The translations under genes and the position numbers were made by a program. From Alphaproteobacteria bacterium (GTDB lineage: Bacteria > Pseudomonadota > Alphaproteobacteria > MPNO01), in contig OZ220750.1 of the NCBI GenBank assembly GCA_965117055.1, positions 301,440-365,439 on the forward strand: 64,000 nt of DNA. Reading direction: 5' to 3'. Position 1 is the first letter of the stretch. Each line of letters starts with the position of its first letter. The notes beneath the pieces are model-generated. The model searched no databases. It was not told the origin of the DNA and worked only from the letters and a program-made list of their open reading frames with translations. This document shows positions 54,972 through 64,000 of this stretch, piece after piece.

Positions 54972-56126
54972 ATGGAGCAAACGCTGGACACCCTTTCGTC
55001 CTTCTTTCGGCCTGTTGCCGGCATCTGGGAAACCGATGTGCTCGGGTTGGAGATCGGCACGGTCGTGGCGGCGGTGCTGGTTTTCTCGGTCTGCCTCGGC
55101 TTGCGTGGCGTCTTCACCCGTGTCGTTGTCCGGCGGCTGGCGCGCTGGGCCGGGAAAACGGAAAGCAAGCTCGACGACGAGGCGGTCGCGGCGCTGGAGC
55201 CGCCCCTGCGGTTCCTGCCGCTCGTGATCGGCCTGTTCCTGGCGAAGGCGATCCTGCCGTTTGCCGGGCTGGCCGAACGCGTCGCCGACGACCTGTTGCG
55301 GTCGCTGGCGGTGTTCGTCCTGTTCTGGGCCCTTTATCGCCTCGCCGAACCCCTGCGCGGCCTCGCCGTTCGGATCGAGGAGAAGATCGGCGCCGAGGTG
55401 GTCGACTGGACGATACGGGGGCTGAAAATCGCGTTCGTCGCGATCGGCGCGATAACCGTCCTCGAAATCTGGGGGATCGAGGTCGCGCCCATCCTGGCCG
55501 GGCTCGGGCTGATCGGGGTCGCGGTCGCGCTCGGGGCGCAGGACCTCTTCCGCAACCTGATCGCGGGGCTCCTGATCATCGGCGAGCGCCGCCTCGCGCA
55601 TGGCGAGTGGATCAAGATCGACGGCGGCGTGGAAGGCACGGTCGAGGCGATAGGATTCCGCTCGACCCGGGTCCGGCAGTTCGACAAGGCGCCGATCTAC
55701 GTCCCCAACTCCAAGCTGTCGGATACCGCGGTCGTCAACTACACGCGGATGACGCATCGGCGCATCTACTGGATGATCGGGGTCGAATACCGCGCGACAG
55801 TGGACCAGCTTCGCCGGATTCGCGACGGCATCGAGGCGTTCCTGCTGGAAGACGACGACTTCGCGCACCCTCCGGAGGTGCCGACCTTCGTCCGCATCGA
55901 CAGGTTCTCCGATTCCTCGATCGACATCATGGTCTATTGCTTCACCGTGACGACCTCCTGGGGCGAGTGGCTCGCGATCAAGGAGCGGCTGGCCTACCGG
56001 ATCAAGGCGATCGTCGAGGAGGCCGGGAGCGACTTCGCCTTCCCGTCCCGGACGCTCTATATCGAGCCCGGCGGCGACGCCCCGGAAATCTTCATCCCGC
56101 CGGAGTCGGGCGAGGCCAAAGAATAG
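54972..56126 (+). CDS. MscS-family mechanosensitive ion channel
   Basis: Three N-terminal TM helices then conserved MscS beta-domain. Confidence 0.75.
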   Translation: MEQTLDTLSSFFRPVAGIWETDVLGLEIGTVVAAVLVFSVCLGLRGVFTRVVVRRLARWAGKTESKLDDEAVAALEPPLRFLPLVIGLFLAKAILPFAGLAERVADDLLRSLAVFVLFWALYRLAEPLRGLAVRIEEKIGAEVVDWTIRGLKIAFVAIGAITVLEIWGIEVAPILAGLGLIGVAVALGAQDLFRNLIAGLLIIGERRLAHGEWIKIDGGVEGTVEAIGFRSTRVRQFDKAPIYVPNSKLSDTAVVNYTRMTHRRIYWMIGVEYRATVDQLRRIRDGIEAFLLEDDDFAHPPEVPTFVRIDRFSDSSIDIMVYCFTVTTSWGEWLAIKERLAYRIKAIVEEAGSDFAFPSRTLYIEPGGDAPEIFIPPESGEAKE

Positions 56127-56224
56127 CTCGCGCCGGCGTGTCCCGGCGTTGACTAAATCGCGGACGGGAAACATATATTCGCGTTCCGCGGGCCGAGACG
56201 CCCGCTTTCCATTGGGGAACAGTC

Positions 56225-57397
56225 ATGATTCCGGCCGTCATGCCGAGCTATGGGCGCGTCGACATTGCGTTCGAACGCGGCGAGGGACCCTATCTCTTTG
56301 CGACGGACGGCCGACGATTCCTCGATTTCGGCGCCGGCATCGCGGTCACGGTCGCGGGCCACTGCCATCCCCATCTGGTGGACGCGCTGACCCGCCAGGC
56401 AAAGGAGCTGTGGCACACCTCGAACCTCTACCAGATCCCGGGGCAGACCCGGCTTGCCGAGCGCCTGACGGCCGCGAGCTTCGCGGACACCGTTTTCTTC
56501 TGCAATTCGGGCGCCGAGGCGATGGAAGCCTCGCTCAAGACCGCGCGCAAGTTCCAGTTCGAGTCCGGTCGGGAGGAGCGCTACCGGTTCGTCGTCTTCG
56601 ACGACAGCTTCCACGGCCGGACGCTCGCGCTGATCGCGGCGGGCGCCAGCGACGCGCACCGGCGCGGCTTCGGCCCGATGCTCGATTCGTTCGACCGCGT
56701 GGCCTTCGGCGACCTCGACGCGGTGAAGGCGGCCATCGGACCGGAGACGGCCGGCATCGTGGTCGAGCCGGTGCAAGGCGAGGGCGGCATCCGGCCGGCC
56801 GATCCGGCCTTCCTGCGCGGTCTCCGCGCGCTCGCCGACGAGCACGATCTGGCGCTGATCTATGACGAGGTGCAGTGCGGCATCGGCCGGACCGGACATC
56901 TCTTCGCGCACCAGGCCGCCGCCGCCCCGCCCGACATCATGGCGGTCGCCAAGGGGCTCGGCGGCGGGTTCCCGATCGGCGCGTGCCTGGTGGACGAGGA
57001 AGCCGCCATCGGCATGGTGCCCGGCACCCACGGCAGCACCTTCGGCGGAAATCCGCTGGCCAGCGCGGCGGCCAACGCGGTGCTCGACATCGTGTTGGAA
57101 GACGGATTCCTCGACGGGGTGAAGGAGCGCGGAGCGGCGCTGGGCGCGGCGCTCGGCGGCCTTGCCCGGCGCTACCAGGGGGTCATCGAGGAGGTGCGCG
57201 GCGTGGGCTTCATGTGGGGCATGAAATGCGTCGGCCCCAATGCCGAGCTCGGCGGGAAGATGTTCGACAAGGGTCTCCTCAACGTGGTCGCCGGCGACAA
57301 CATGGTGCGCCTGTTGCCGCCTTTGATCGCCACGGAGGAACACATTGCAGAGGCGCTGGAGACGGTCGAAGCCTCGTGCGCCGAGATCGCCAAATGA
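56225..57397 (+). CDS. argD: acetylornithine aminotransferase (class III PLP aminotransferase)
   Basis: Class III aminotransferase motifs ([11 protein letters not shown]; PLP lysine in [12 protein letters not shown]), followed by argF. Confidence 0.85.
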   Translation: MIPAVMPSYGRVDIAFERGEGPYLFATDGRRFLDFGAGIAVTVAGHCHPHLVDALTRQAKELWHTSNLYQIPGQTRLAERLTAASFADTVFFCNSGAEAMEASLKTARKFQFESGREERYRFVVFDDSFHGRTLALIAAGASDAHRRGFGPMLDSFDRVAFGDLDAVKAAIGPETAGIVVEPVQGEGGIRPADPAFLRGLRALADEHDLALIYDEVQCGIGRTGHLFAHQAAAAPPDIMAVAKGLGGGFPIGACLVDEEAAIGMVPGTHGSTFGGNPLASAAANAVLDIVLEDGFLDGVKERGAALGAALGGLARRYQGVIEEVRGVGFMWGMKCVGPNAELGGKMFDKGLLNVVAGDNMVRLLPPLIATEEHIAEALETVEASCAEIAK

Positions 57398-58305
57398 GCC
57401 GACCCCGGCATTTTCTCGACCTCGCGGAGAACGAGCCGGCGGTGCTTCGCCGGCTCATCGACACGGCGCTTGCCCTGAAGGCGGACCCGGCCTCGCTCGA
57501 CGACCCGGCGCCTCTTGCCGGGCGCACGCTGGCGATGATCTTCGAGAAACCCTCGACCCGGACCCGGGTTTCGTTCGAGGTGGCGATGCGGAGCCTCGGC
57601 GGCCACGTGATCGTCCTCAGCCCGAACGACATGCAGATCGGCCGCGGCGAAACAATCGAGGACACCGCGCGGGTTCTGTCGCGCTATGTCGACGCGATCA
57701 TGATACGCACCTTCGAGGCGGACACGGTCGCCACCCTCGCCGAACACGCGACGGTCCCGGTGATCAACGGGCTCACGGGGCGCTCCCACCCCTGCCAGCT
57801 GATGGCGGACGTGATGACGTTCGAGGAGCATCGCGGTCCGATCGAGGATCGCGTCGTCGCCTGGTCGGGGGACGGCAACAACGTGGCCTGCTCGTGGATC
57901 GAGGCGGCGGCGGCGTTCAACTTCGAATTGCGCCTCGCCTGTCCCCCGGTGCTGGCGCCGCCCGATGCCATCGTCGAACGGGCCGAACGGAACGGCGGGC
58001 GGATCGCATTGACCGAAGATCCGTGCGAAGCCGCGCGCGGGGCAGACTGCGTGGTGACCGATACCTGGGTGTCGATGGGCGACGACTCCGAAGACCATCG
58101 CCACAATATTCTCGCGCCTTACCAGGTGGATGAGCGCCTGATGTCCCACGCCAAGCCCGACGCGATCTTCATGCACTGCCTTCCAGCGCATCGCGGCGAG
58201 GAGGTGACCGCGGGCGTTATCGACGGGCCGCAATCGGTGGTTTGGGACGAGGCGGAAAACCGGCTCCACGCCCAGAAGGCGATCCTTCTCTGGTGCCTCG
58301 AATGA
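57394..58305 (+). CDS. argF: ornithine carbamoyltransferase
   Basis: STRTR carbamoyl-phosphate motif, HPCQ, HCLP signatures; ATGA overlap with argD. Confidence 0.9.
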   Translation: MSRPRHFLDLAENEPAVLRRLIDTALALKADPASLDDPAPLAGRTLAMIFEKPSTRTRVSFEVAMRSLGGHVIVLSPNDMQIGRGETIEDTARVLSRYVDAIMIRTFEADTVATLAEHATVPVINGLTGRSHPCQLMADVMTFEEHRGPIEDRVVAWSGDGNNVACSWIEAAAAFNFELRLACPPVLAPPDAIVERAERNGGRIALTEDPCEAARGADCVVTDTWVSMGDDSEDHRHNILAPYQVDERLMSHAKPDAIFMHCLPAHRGEEVTAGVIDGPQSVVWDEAENRLHAQKAILLWCLE

Positions 58306-59282
58306 CCGGGAGGGGCGCCTCTTCCGACGCGGAGGGGCCCGCCGGGCCGGGCGACAACGATATCGTGCTGCCGTTCCAGATCGAGACCCAGGCGGCGCGC
58401 GGCAAGCTGGTACGGCTTGGCGACACGGTGGACAGGATCCTCTCGCGCCGCGACTACCCGACCCCGGTGGCGACGCTGCTGGGCGAGCTGGCGCTGCTGG
58501 CGGCGCTGGTCTCTTCCGCGCTGAAGGACGAGGGCGTGCTGACCGTCCAGGTGAAGGGCGACGGCCCGATCGGCATGCTGGTCGCGGATGCGACATCCTC
58601 CGGAGAGATTCGCGCCTATGCCGCGTTCGACGGGCAGACGCTCGACCGGGCGCTCGCCGAGAGGGGCGCTCCCGGCTGGGAGACCGCCCCCGTACCCCGG
58701 CTGATCGGCGCGGGCTATCTCGCGTTCACCATCGACCGGGGACCGGAGGTCGAGCGCTACCAGGGCATCGTCGAGCTCAGCGGCGGATCGCTCGCTGACT
58801 GCGCCCACCGCCATTTTCGCGAATCCGACCAGAACCAGGCGGTGTTCAAGCTCGCCGTCTCGCCGACCGGCCCGAGCGGCGCATGGCAAGCGGGCGGCAT
58901 GATGATGCAGCGCCTGCCCGACAGCGGCCGGGCAAGGCTTTCCGGCGAGGGCCCGGACGACGATCTCGAGGACAGCTGGCGGCGCGCCCTGTTGCTGATG
59001 GGTTCGTGCACCCCCGCCGAGCTGGTCGACGCCAGGCTGCATCCGCACGATCTGCTGTACCGGCTGTTTCACGAGGACGGGGTGCGGGTGTTCCAGCCCC
59101 ACGCGCTGGTGCATGGCTGCCGCTGCTCCCGCGACAGGGTCGAGGCGACGTTGCGTTCCTTTCCCCGCGAAGAGATCGCGGATCTGGAGATCGATGGCGA
59201 GGTCGTGGTCACCTGCGAGTTCTGCGGCGACCGCTATGCGTTCGATGAGGACGACATCGAGCGCCTCTATCGGACCAATTGA
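58302..59282 (+). CDS. hslO: Hsp33 redox-regulated chaperone
   Basis: C-terminal zinc centre CRCS...CEFCG; ATGA overlap with argF. Confidence 0.85.
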   Translation: MTGRGASSDAEGPAGPGDNDIVLPFQIETQAARGKLVRLGDTVDRILSRRDYPTPVATLLGELALLAALVSSALKDEGVLTVQVKGDGPIGMLVADATSSGEIRAYAAFDGQTLDRALAERGAPGWETAPVPRLIGAGYLAFTIDRGPEVERYQGIVELSGGSLADCAHRHFRESDQNQAVFKLAVSPTGPSGAWQAGGMMMQRLPDSGRARLSGEGPDDDLEDSWRRALLLMGSCTPAELVDARLHPHDLLYRLFHEDGVRVFQPHALVHGCRCSRDRVEATLRSFPREEIADLEIDGEVVVTCEFCGDRYAFDEDDIERLYRTN

Positions 59283-59285
59283 GCG

Positions 59286-59882
59286 GTGAGGCCGCCGATG
59301 CGCTGCCTGCCGCTTCGCGCTTCGTTGCTTCTGGCGCTCTTCGTCGCCGGGTGTACTTCCGCGCCCAAGGTGCCGAGCTATTCCGAGATCCGTTTCACCG
59401 ACAAGCCGCCGATCCGCCTCGACGTTGCCCGGATCGACATCGTGGAGGCCTATCGGTCGCCGTTGAAGGCGCCCAATGTGGAGCATCTGTTTCCCCTGAG
59501 ACCGGCGCATGCCGCGAGGCAATGGGCGCGGGACCGCCTGCGTCCCGGCGGCGACAAGGGCCGGGCCGAGGCCGCGATCCGCGACGCGTCCGCGACCGAA
59601 ACGGCGCTCCAACGCACCGAGGGTATCCGCGGTGCATTCACCACCGACCAGACCGAACGCTACGACGCGGTTATCGCCATCGACGTCCGGATATTCGATC
59701 CCGCCGGGAAGGAGCTGGCATACGCCTCGGCCACCGCGCGCCACTCGCGGACCGTGGCCGAGGATGTCACGCTCAACGACCGCGAGCGCGCATGGTATGG
59801 CATGACCGCGTCGATGATTCGTGCCCTCGACCGGGCTCTCGAAGGCGAGATGAGGAAAAGTCTCGCAGCGTTTCTCAGGTAA
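59286..59882 (+). CDS. hypothetical lipoprotein
   Basis: Signal peptide with lipobox LFVAGC. Confidence 0.55.
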   Translation: MRPPMRCLPLRASLLLALFVAGCTSAPKVPSYSEIRFTDKPPIRLDVARIDIVEAYRSPLKAPNVEHLFPLRPAHAARQWARDRLRPGGDKGRAEAAIRDASATETALQRTEGIRGAFTTDQTERYDAVIAIDVRIFDPAGKELAYASATARHSRTVAEDVTLNDRERAWYGMTASMIRALDRALEGEMRKSLAAFLR

Positions 59883-59913
59883 GCCCGGCCATGACCGTGG
59901 CGGGAAGTGCGGG

Positions 59914-61092
59914 CTAGGCGCTGACCGTCCCCAGGACCCGCTTGAGAAAGGCGCTGCACGCCGCGATCTGCTCCAGGCTGACGAATTCGTCCGGCTGATG
60001 AGCCTGGCTGACGCTCCCCGGTCCGCAGACGATGGAAGGCACGCCCGCCTCCGCAAACAGCCCCGCCTCGCACACATAGGGCGCGGTGGAGGGTTCGTTC
60101 TGCCCGGTGAGGCGGAGCGCGAAGGCTTCGGCCTCCGAACCCGGCATCGGCCCCAGTGTCGGTGCGGTAATGTCGACGACGGTCCGTATGCCGGCCTCCG
60201 GATCCACCGCCCGCATCCGCGGCACCAGCGCGTCGTTCGCGAACGCTTCCAGCCTTTCGAGCACATTGGCGGGATCGACATCGGGCGTGGGGCGCATTTC
60301 CCAGCGGAAATCGCAGCTGCGGGCGATGATATTGACCGCCGAACCGCCGGCGATCCGGCCGATATTGAATGTCGTCCCCGGCGGATCGAACGATCCGGCG
60401 ATCCCGTCCCGGGGCAGCGAGCCGACGATGGCTTCGATCCGGCGGATATATTCGGCCGCGAAGAGGATGGCGTTCACGCCCGCTTCCGGCCGGCTCGAAT
60501 GCCCGTCGCGGCCGAGCACGCTGGTATGCTGCTGGGAAATCCCCTTGTGGGCATTGACGACCCGCATCTCGGTCGGCTCGCCCACGATCGCGAAGGCCGG
60601 CCTCGGCAGTTCCCGCCCGATCAGCGCGATGAGAGAGCGTACCCCGATGCAGCCGACTTCCTCGTCATGCGACAGCACGATGTGGACCGGCCGGGTCAGG
60701 CTGGCGGCGCCGAGCTCCGGCGCCAAAGCGAGGACGCAGCCGATGAACCCCTTCATGTCGGTGGTGCCGCGGCCGTAGAGCCTGCCGTCGCGCTCCACCA
60801 TGGCGAACGGGTCGCCGGTCCAGGGCTGGCCTTCCACGGGCACCACGTCGGAATGGCCGGACAGCACGATCCCGCCTGCGTCCGGCGGGCCGAACGTCGC
60901 GAACAGATTGGCCTTGTCGCCGGTCTCGTCGGGCACCTGGCGGATCGTGGCGCCGTGTTCCGAGAGGTAAGCCGCCACGGCGTCGATCAGCGGCTTGTTG
61001 GGCTTGGCGGAGGTGGTGTCGAACCCGACCAGCCAGCCGATCGCCTCGACATCGCTCATCGCACGCTGGCCGTCGCGGCTCGTGGCGGGCAC
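59914..61092 (-). CDS. M20-family metallopeptidase, acetylornithine-deacetylase (ArgE)-like
   Basis: GHSDVV and DMKG M20 signatures; alternative start at 61059. Confidence 0.7.
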   Translation of the reverse strand: MPATSRDGQRAMSDVEAIGWLVGFDTTSAKPNKPLIDAVAAYLSEHGATIRQVPDETGDKANLFATFGPPDAGGIVLSGHSDVVPVEGQPWTGDPFAMVERDGRLYGRGTTDMKGFIGCVLALAPELGAASLTRPVHIVLSHDEEVGCIGVRSLIALIGRELPRPAFAIVGEPTEMRVVNAHKGISQQHTSVLGRDGHSSRPEAGVNAILFAAEYIRRIEAIVGSLPRDGIAGSFDPPGTTFNIGRIAGGSAVNIIARSCDFRWEMRPTPDVDPANVLERLEAFANDALVPRMRAVDPEAGIRTVVDITAPTLGPMPGSEAEAFALRLTGQNEPSTAPYVCEAGLFAEAGVPSIVCGPGSVSQAHQPDEFVSLEQIAACSAFLKRVLGTVSA

Positions 61093-61095
61093 GCG

Positions 61096-62544
61096 CTACC
61101 CCCTCCAGAAGGACGGCGTGAACAACACGAGGATCGTAAATAGCTCCAGACGGCCGAGCAACATGCCGGCCGCGAGGACCCATTTGGCGGCATCGGGAAG
61201 CGACGCGAAAGTGCCCGACGGGCCGATCGTCTCGCCGAGCGCCGGGCCGACATTGCAGATCGCCGTCGCGGCTCCCGACACCGCGGTGATGAAATCGAGG
61301 CCCAGCGCGCCCAGCGCCAGCGCGAGCACGCCGAAGCACGCGACGAAGAGGAAGAAGAAGCTCATCACGGAAGTCGCCACGTCCTGCTCGATCGGGCGCC
61401 GGTTGAAATGCGGCACGAACACGCCGTGGGGCTGCACGAGGCGACGCAGCTGCGCGTGGGCGGTGATGTAAAGGACCTGGAAACGGAACACCTTGATCCC
61501 GCATGTCGTCGAGCCCGCGCAGCCGCCGATGAACATGATGAAGAAGAACGTCGCGGTGGCGAACGCGCCCCAGCCGTCATATCCCGTCGTGCTGTAGCCG
61601 GTCCCGGTGATGATCGAAACGACGTTGAAGCTCGCCGTGCGGATCGCGTCGACGGTCGTCACGCCGCCCGACCACACGCGCCACGCAACCATCAGCGCGA
61701 CGATGACGACAACGATGCCGAGAAACGCGCGGACCTGGATGTCCTGGAACAGCACCCACGGCCGGCCGGTCATCGCCCGCAGATAGAGCACGAAGGGCAG
61801 CGAGCCCACGATCATGAACAGGATGATGATGCCCTCGGCGGCCGCGTTGCCGAGACCGCCCACCGAGGAATCGGAGGTGGAGAAGCCGCCGGTGGCGATC
61901 GTCGTCATGGCATGGACCACCGCGTCGAACCCGCCGACGCCCACCGCGATGAGAAGCAGCACGCAGGCGACCGTGAGCCCCAGATAGGTAAGGCCGATGC
62001 CGCTGGCGATCTGCGTCATCCGCGGCATCACCTTGTCGGATCGGTCCGACGACTCCGTGTGGAAGAGCTGCATGCCGCCGATCTGCAGCATCGGCATGAT
62101 GGCGACCGCCATGACGATGATGCCGATCCCGCCCAGCCACTGGAGCAGGGCGCGCCACAGGAGAATGCCCGACGGCGCCTCGTCGAGACCCCTGATCACC
62201 GTCGACCCCGTGGTGGTGATGCCCGACATCGCTTCGAAGAAGGCGTCGGTGTAGCTGAGCCCCATCTCCGAGAAGGCAAAGGGGAGAGCGGCGAAGGTGG
62301 TCAGCACCAGCCAGCTTCCCGCGGTCAGCAGGAACGCCTGGCGGATACCGAGGGTAAAACGGGGCGCGCGCGACGTCAGTATCATCGACACGCCGATAAA
62401 TAATGTGAGCCCGCTGGCGCCCGCGAAGACCTGCCAATCCGGATGCCCGTCGACGAGGTCCGCCGCCATCGGCACCAGCATGGCCAATGCGAGGGTGGTC
62501 AGCAGTATCCCGACGACGAAGAAGATGGGACGGAAATCGACCAC
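61096..62544 (-). CDS. trkH: TrkH-family potassium uptake protein
   Basis: Multiple TM helices and TrkH pore-loop GTTGSTV-like motifs. Confidence 0.85.
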   Translation of the reverse strand: MVDFRPIFFVVGILLTTLALAMLVPMAADLVDGHPDWQVFAGASGLTLFIGVSMILTSRAPRFTLGIRQAFLLTAGSWLVLTTFAALPFAFSEMGLSYTDAFFEAMSGITTTGSTVIRGLDEAPSGILLWRALLQWLGGIGIIVMAVAIMPMLQIGGMQLFHTESSDRSDKVMPRMTQIASGIGLTYLGLTVACVLLLIAVGVGGFDAVVHAMTTIATGGFSTSDSSVGGLGNAAAEGIIILFMIVGSLPFVLYLRAMTGRPWVLFQDIQVRAFLGIVVVIVALMVAWRVWSGGVTTVDAIRTASFNVVSIITGTGYSTTGYDGWGAFATATFFFIMFIGGCAGSTTCGIKVFRFQVLYITAHAQLRRLVQPHGVFVPHFNRRPIEQDVATSVMSFFFLFVACFGVLALALGALGLDFITAVSGAATAICNVGPALGETIGPSGTFASLPDAAKWVLAAGMLLGRLELFTILVLFTPSFWRG

Positions 62545-62617
62545 GTCATCGTCCTTGGCTGTGACCCGGCCCGGGGCCGACCGGCCCCCAGGCGAAGCGC
62601 GTCGGCGCCTCCCCCGT

Positions 62618-63262
62618 CTAGGCCGACCAGGCCTGCCCCATCTGGGGATTCCCGATGGCCGACAGGAACTCGCGCCGGGTCGAGGCGTCGTCGCGGAAGG
62701 CGCCCGTCATCTGGCTGGTGATCAGCGTCGAACCCGGCTTGTCGGCGCCGCGCGTCGTCATGCATTGGTGGCTCGCCTCGATCACCACGGCGGCGCCCTG
62801 GGGCTCCAGGATGTGGTTGATGGTGTTGGCGATCTGGGCGGTCATCTTTTCCTGGATCTGCAGCCGCCTGGCATAGACGTCGACGAGCCGGGCGAGTTTC
62901 GAGATTCCCACCACCCGCCGGGTCGGCAGGTAGCCGATATGGGCGCGGCCGACGATCGGCGCGATGTGATGCTCGCAATGGGAGGTGAAGCGGATATTGC
63001 GCAGCACCACCATCTCGTCGTAGCCGTCGGTCTCCTCGAACGTCTTGGAGAGGATCAGCGACGGGTCCTCCCGGTAACCGGAGAACCATTCGTCGAACGC
63101 GCGCACCACACGGCCCGGCGTCTCGCTCAGACCTTCGCGGGCGGGGTCGTCGCCGGCCCAGCGGATCAGCGTGCGGACCGCCTCGGCGGCCTCCTCGAAC
63201 GTAGGCCGGTCGATTAGCGGCTCGACCGTGGTCAGCGGGCTTCGGTGTGTCGACACTGCCAT
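62618..63262 (-). CDS. folE: GTP cyclohydrolase I
   Basis: [20 protein letters not shown]...[10 protein letters not shown] signature; ATG at 63262 (track ORF extends further upstream in GC-rich frame). Confidence 0.85.
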   Translation of the reverse strand: MAVSTHRSPLTTVEPLIDRPTFEEAAEAVRTLIRWAGDDPAREGLSETPGRVVRAFDEWFSGYREDPSLILSKTFEETDGYDEMVVLRNIRFTSHCEHHIAPIVGRAHIGYLPTRRVVGISKLARLVDVYARRLQIQEKMTAQIANTINHILEPQGAAVVIEASHQCMTTRGADKPGSTLITSQMTGAFRDDASTRREFLSAIGNPQMGQAWSA

Positions 63263-63318
63263 GCGTTTCCCGTTGATGTTGGACGCCCGGAGTCTCCGGC
63301 GGCTCCAGGCCCCGCGGG

Positions 63319-63711
63319 CTAGTTGAGTTGCTTGGGCTCGTCGGGACAGTCGAGCGAAAAAGCCGGAATTTCTATGTCGAAGCGTTCCCCGTCCGCGCCC
63401 TTCATCCCATAGCTGCCGAGCATGATTCCGGACGGCGTCGGCAACGGCGTGCCCGAGGTGTATTCGTAGGACTCGCCGGGCGCAAGCACCGGCTGTTCGC
63501 CCACGACGCCCGCGCCGCGCACCTCCTGCAACCGGCCCAGCCCGTCGGTGATCTTCCAGTGGCGGGTCAGAAGCTGCACCGTCGCCGCGCCCTCGTTGCT
63601 GATCTTGACGTGATAGGCCCAGACGTAGTGGGCATCCGATGGCGAGGATTGCTGGTCGAGATAGACCGGCTCGACGGAAACGCGGATCGCCCGGGTAACG
63701 GCTGTGTACAT
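63319..63711 (-). CDS. apaG: ApaG (DUF525) protein
   Basis: [41 protein letters not shown] matches ApaG consensus. Confidence 0.85.
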   Translation of the reverse strand: MYTAVTRAIRVSVEPVYLDQQSSPSDAHYVWAYHVKISNEGAATVQLLTRHWKITDGLGRLQEVRGAGVVGEQPVLAPGESYEYTSGTPLPTPSGIMLGSYGMKGADGERFDIEIPAFSLDCPDEPKQLN

Positions 63712-63801
63712 GAAATCTCCCTGGCCTGCCGAAGACGGCCCGGCTCCAGCCCGGTGAGTCTAGGACGATCCGGCCCGGCGTCAATCGCGCGCCGGCGAGG
63801 G

Positions 63802-64000
63802 TCAGGCGCCGTCGAGCGCGCGGGCGATATCCTCCAGCAGGTCCCGCGGGTCCTCGAGCCCGATGGAGAGCCGCACCAGCCCGTCGGTGATCCCCAGACT
63901 TTCCCGTTCCTCCGGCGACAGGCGCTGGTGGGTGGTCGTCGCCGGATGGGTCGCCAGGCTCTTCGCGTCGCCCAGATTGTTGGAAATGTCGATCAGGTCG
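63802..64000 (-). CDS. Partial CDS (C-terminus): PLP-dependent Cys/Met-metabolism enzyme (O-succinyl/acetyl-homoserine sulfhydrylase-like)
   Basis: C-terminal [47 protein letters not shown] typical of MetZ/MetY family; runs off window end. Confidence 0.6.
   Translation of the reverse strand, partial: DLIDISNNLGDAKSLATHPATTTHQRLSPEERESLGITDGLVRLSIGLEDPRDLLEDIARALDGA

Noticed and set aside
58119-60281. 720-aa minus-strand ORF
   Set aside because: It is antisense to hslO, the lipoprotein gene and part of the argE-like gene; low complexity.
1-64000. Search for tRNA/rRNA genes and CRISPR arrays (e.g. GGTTCGAnTCC T-loop motifs, regularly spaced direct repeats)
   Set aside because: No T-loop/acceptor-like patterns or spaced direct repeats were found by eye. 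The island (5.15-10.35 kb) therefore has no evident tRNA attachment site.

Overview
This 64-kb window is a high-GC, gene-dense chromosomal segment, most likely alphaproteobacterial. Supporting this are the tkt-gap-pgk, argD-argF-hslO and folE-apaG-metZ-like gene orders, abundant GC3-biased codons, and REP/BIME-like palindromes. It is dominated by oxygenase and catabolic genes: three Rieske oxygenase alpha subunits, a PhyH dioxygenase, two split ComDE-like TPP decarboxylases, three orphan CoxL-type molybdopterin subunits, hydrolases, GST, VOC and amidohydrolase. Central-metabolism and housekeeping blocks are also present (tkt/gap/pgk, argD/argF/hslO, argE-like, trkH, folE, apaG). Many very long GC-rich ORFs in the six-frame track are antisense artefacts and are not called.

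Five regions stand out. (1) An AT-richer island of about 5.1 kb (about 5.15-10.35 kb) is bounded by roughly 100-bp imperfect inverted repeats with a near-identical 60-bp hairpin core. It carries an IS1595-family transposase, an orphan SNase-like nuclease, a retropepsin-like aspartic protease overlapping an 86-aa partner gene, a Pro/Arg-rich leader ORF, an AT-hook mini-ORF and a Cys-rich ORF interrupted by an in-frame TGA. (2) A twice-repeated perfect 16-bp palindrome TGTTTCACGTGAAACA sits just outside the island. (3) A long co-directional, translationally coupled operon (23.0-32.3 kb) combines a ketopantoate-reductase-like protein, two PaaK/F390-synthetase-like adenylating enzymes, a DOPA-dioxygenase-like protein, a TPP enzyme and a lipoate-protein-ligase-like protein, and ends in a DUF123(GIY-YIG)-VapB-VapC triad. 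(4) A standalone NYN-domain gene follows a sigma70-like promoter and a terminator-like leader hairpin. (5) Three paralogous CoxL-like large subunits with CoxG, but no CoxS/CoxM partners in the window, sit beside an SDR and a VanA-like oxygenase. No tRNA, rRNA or CRISPR array was recognised.
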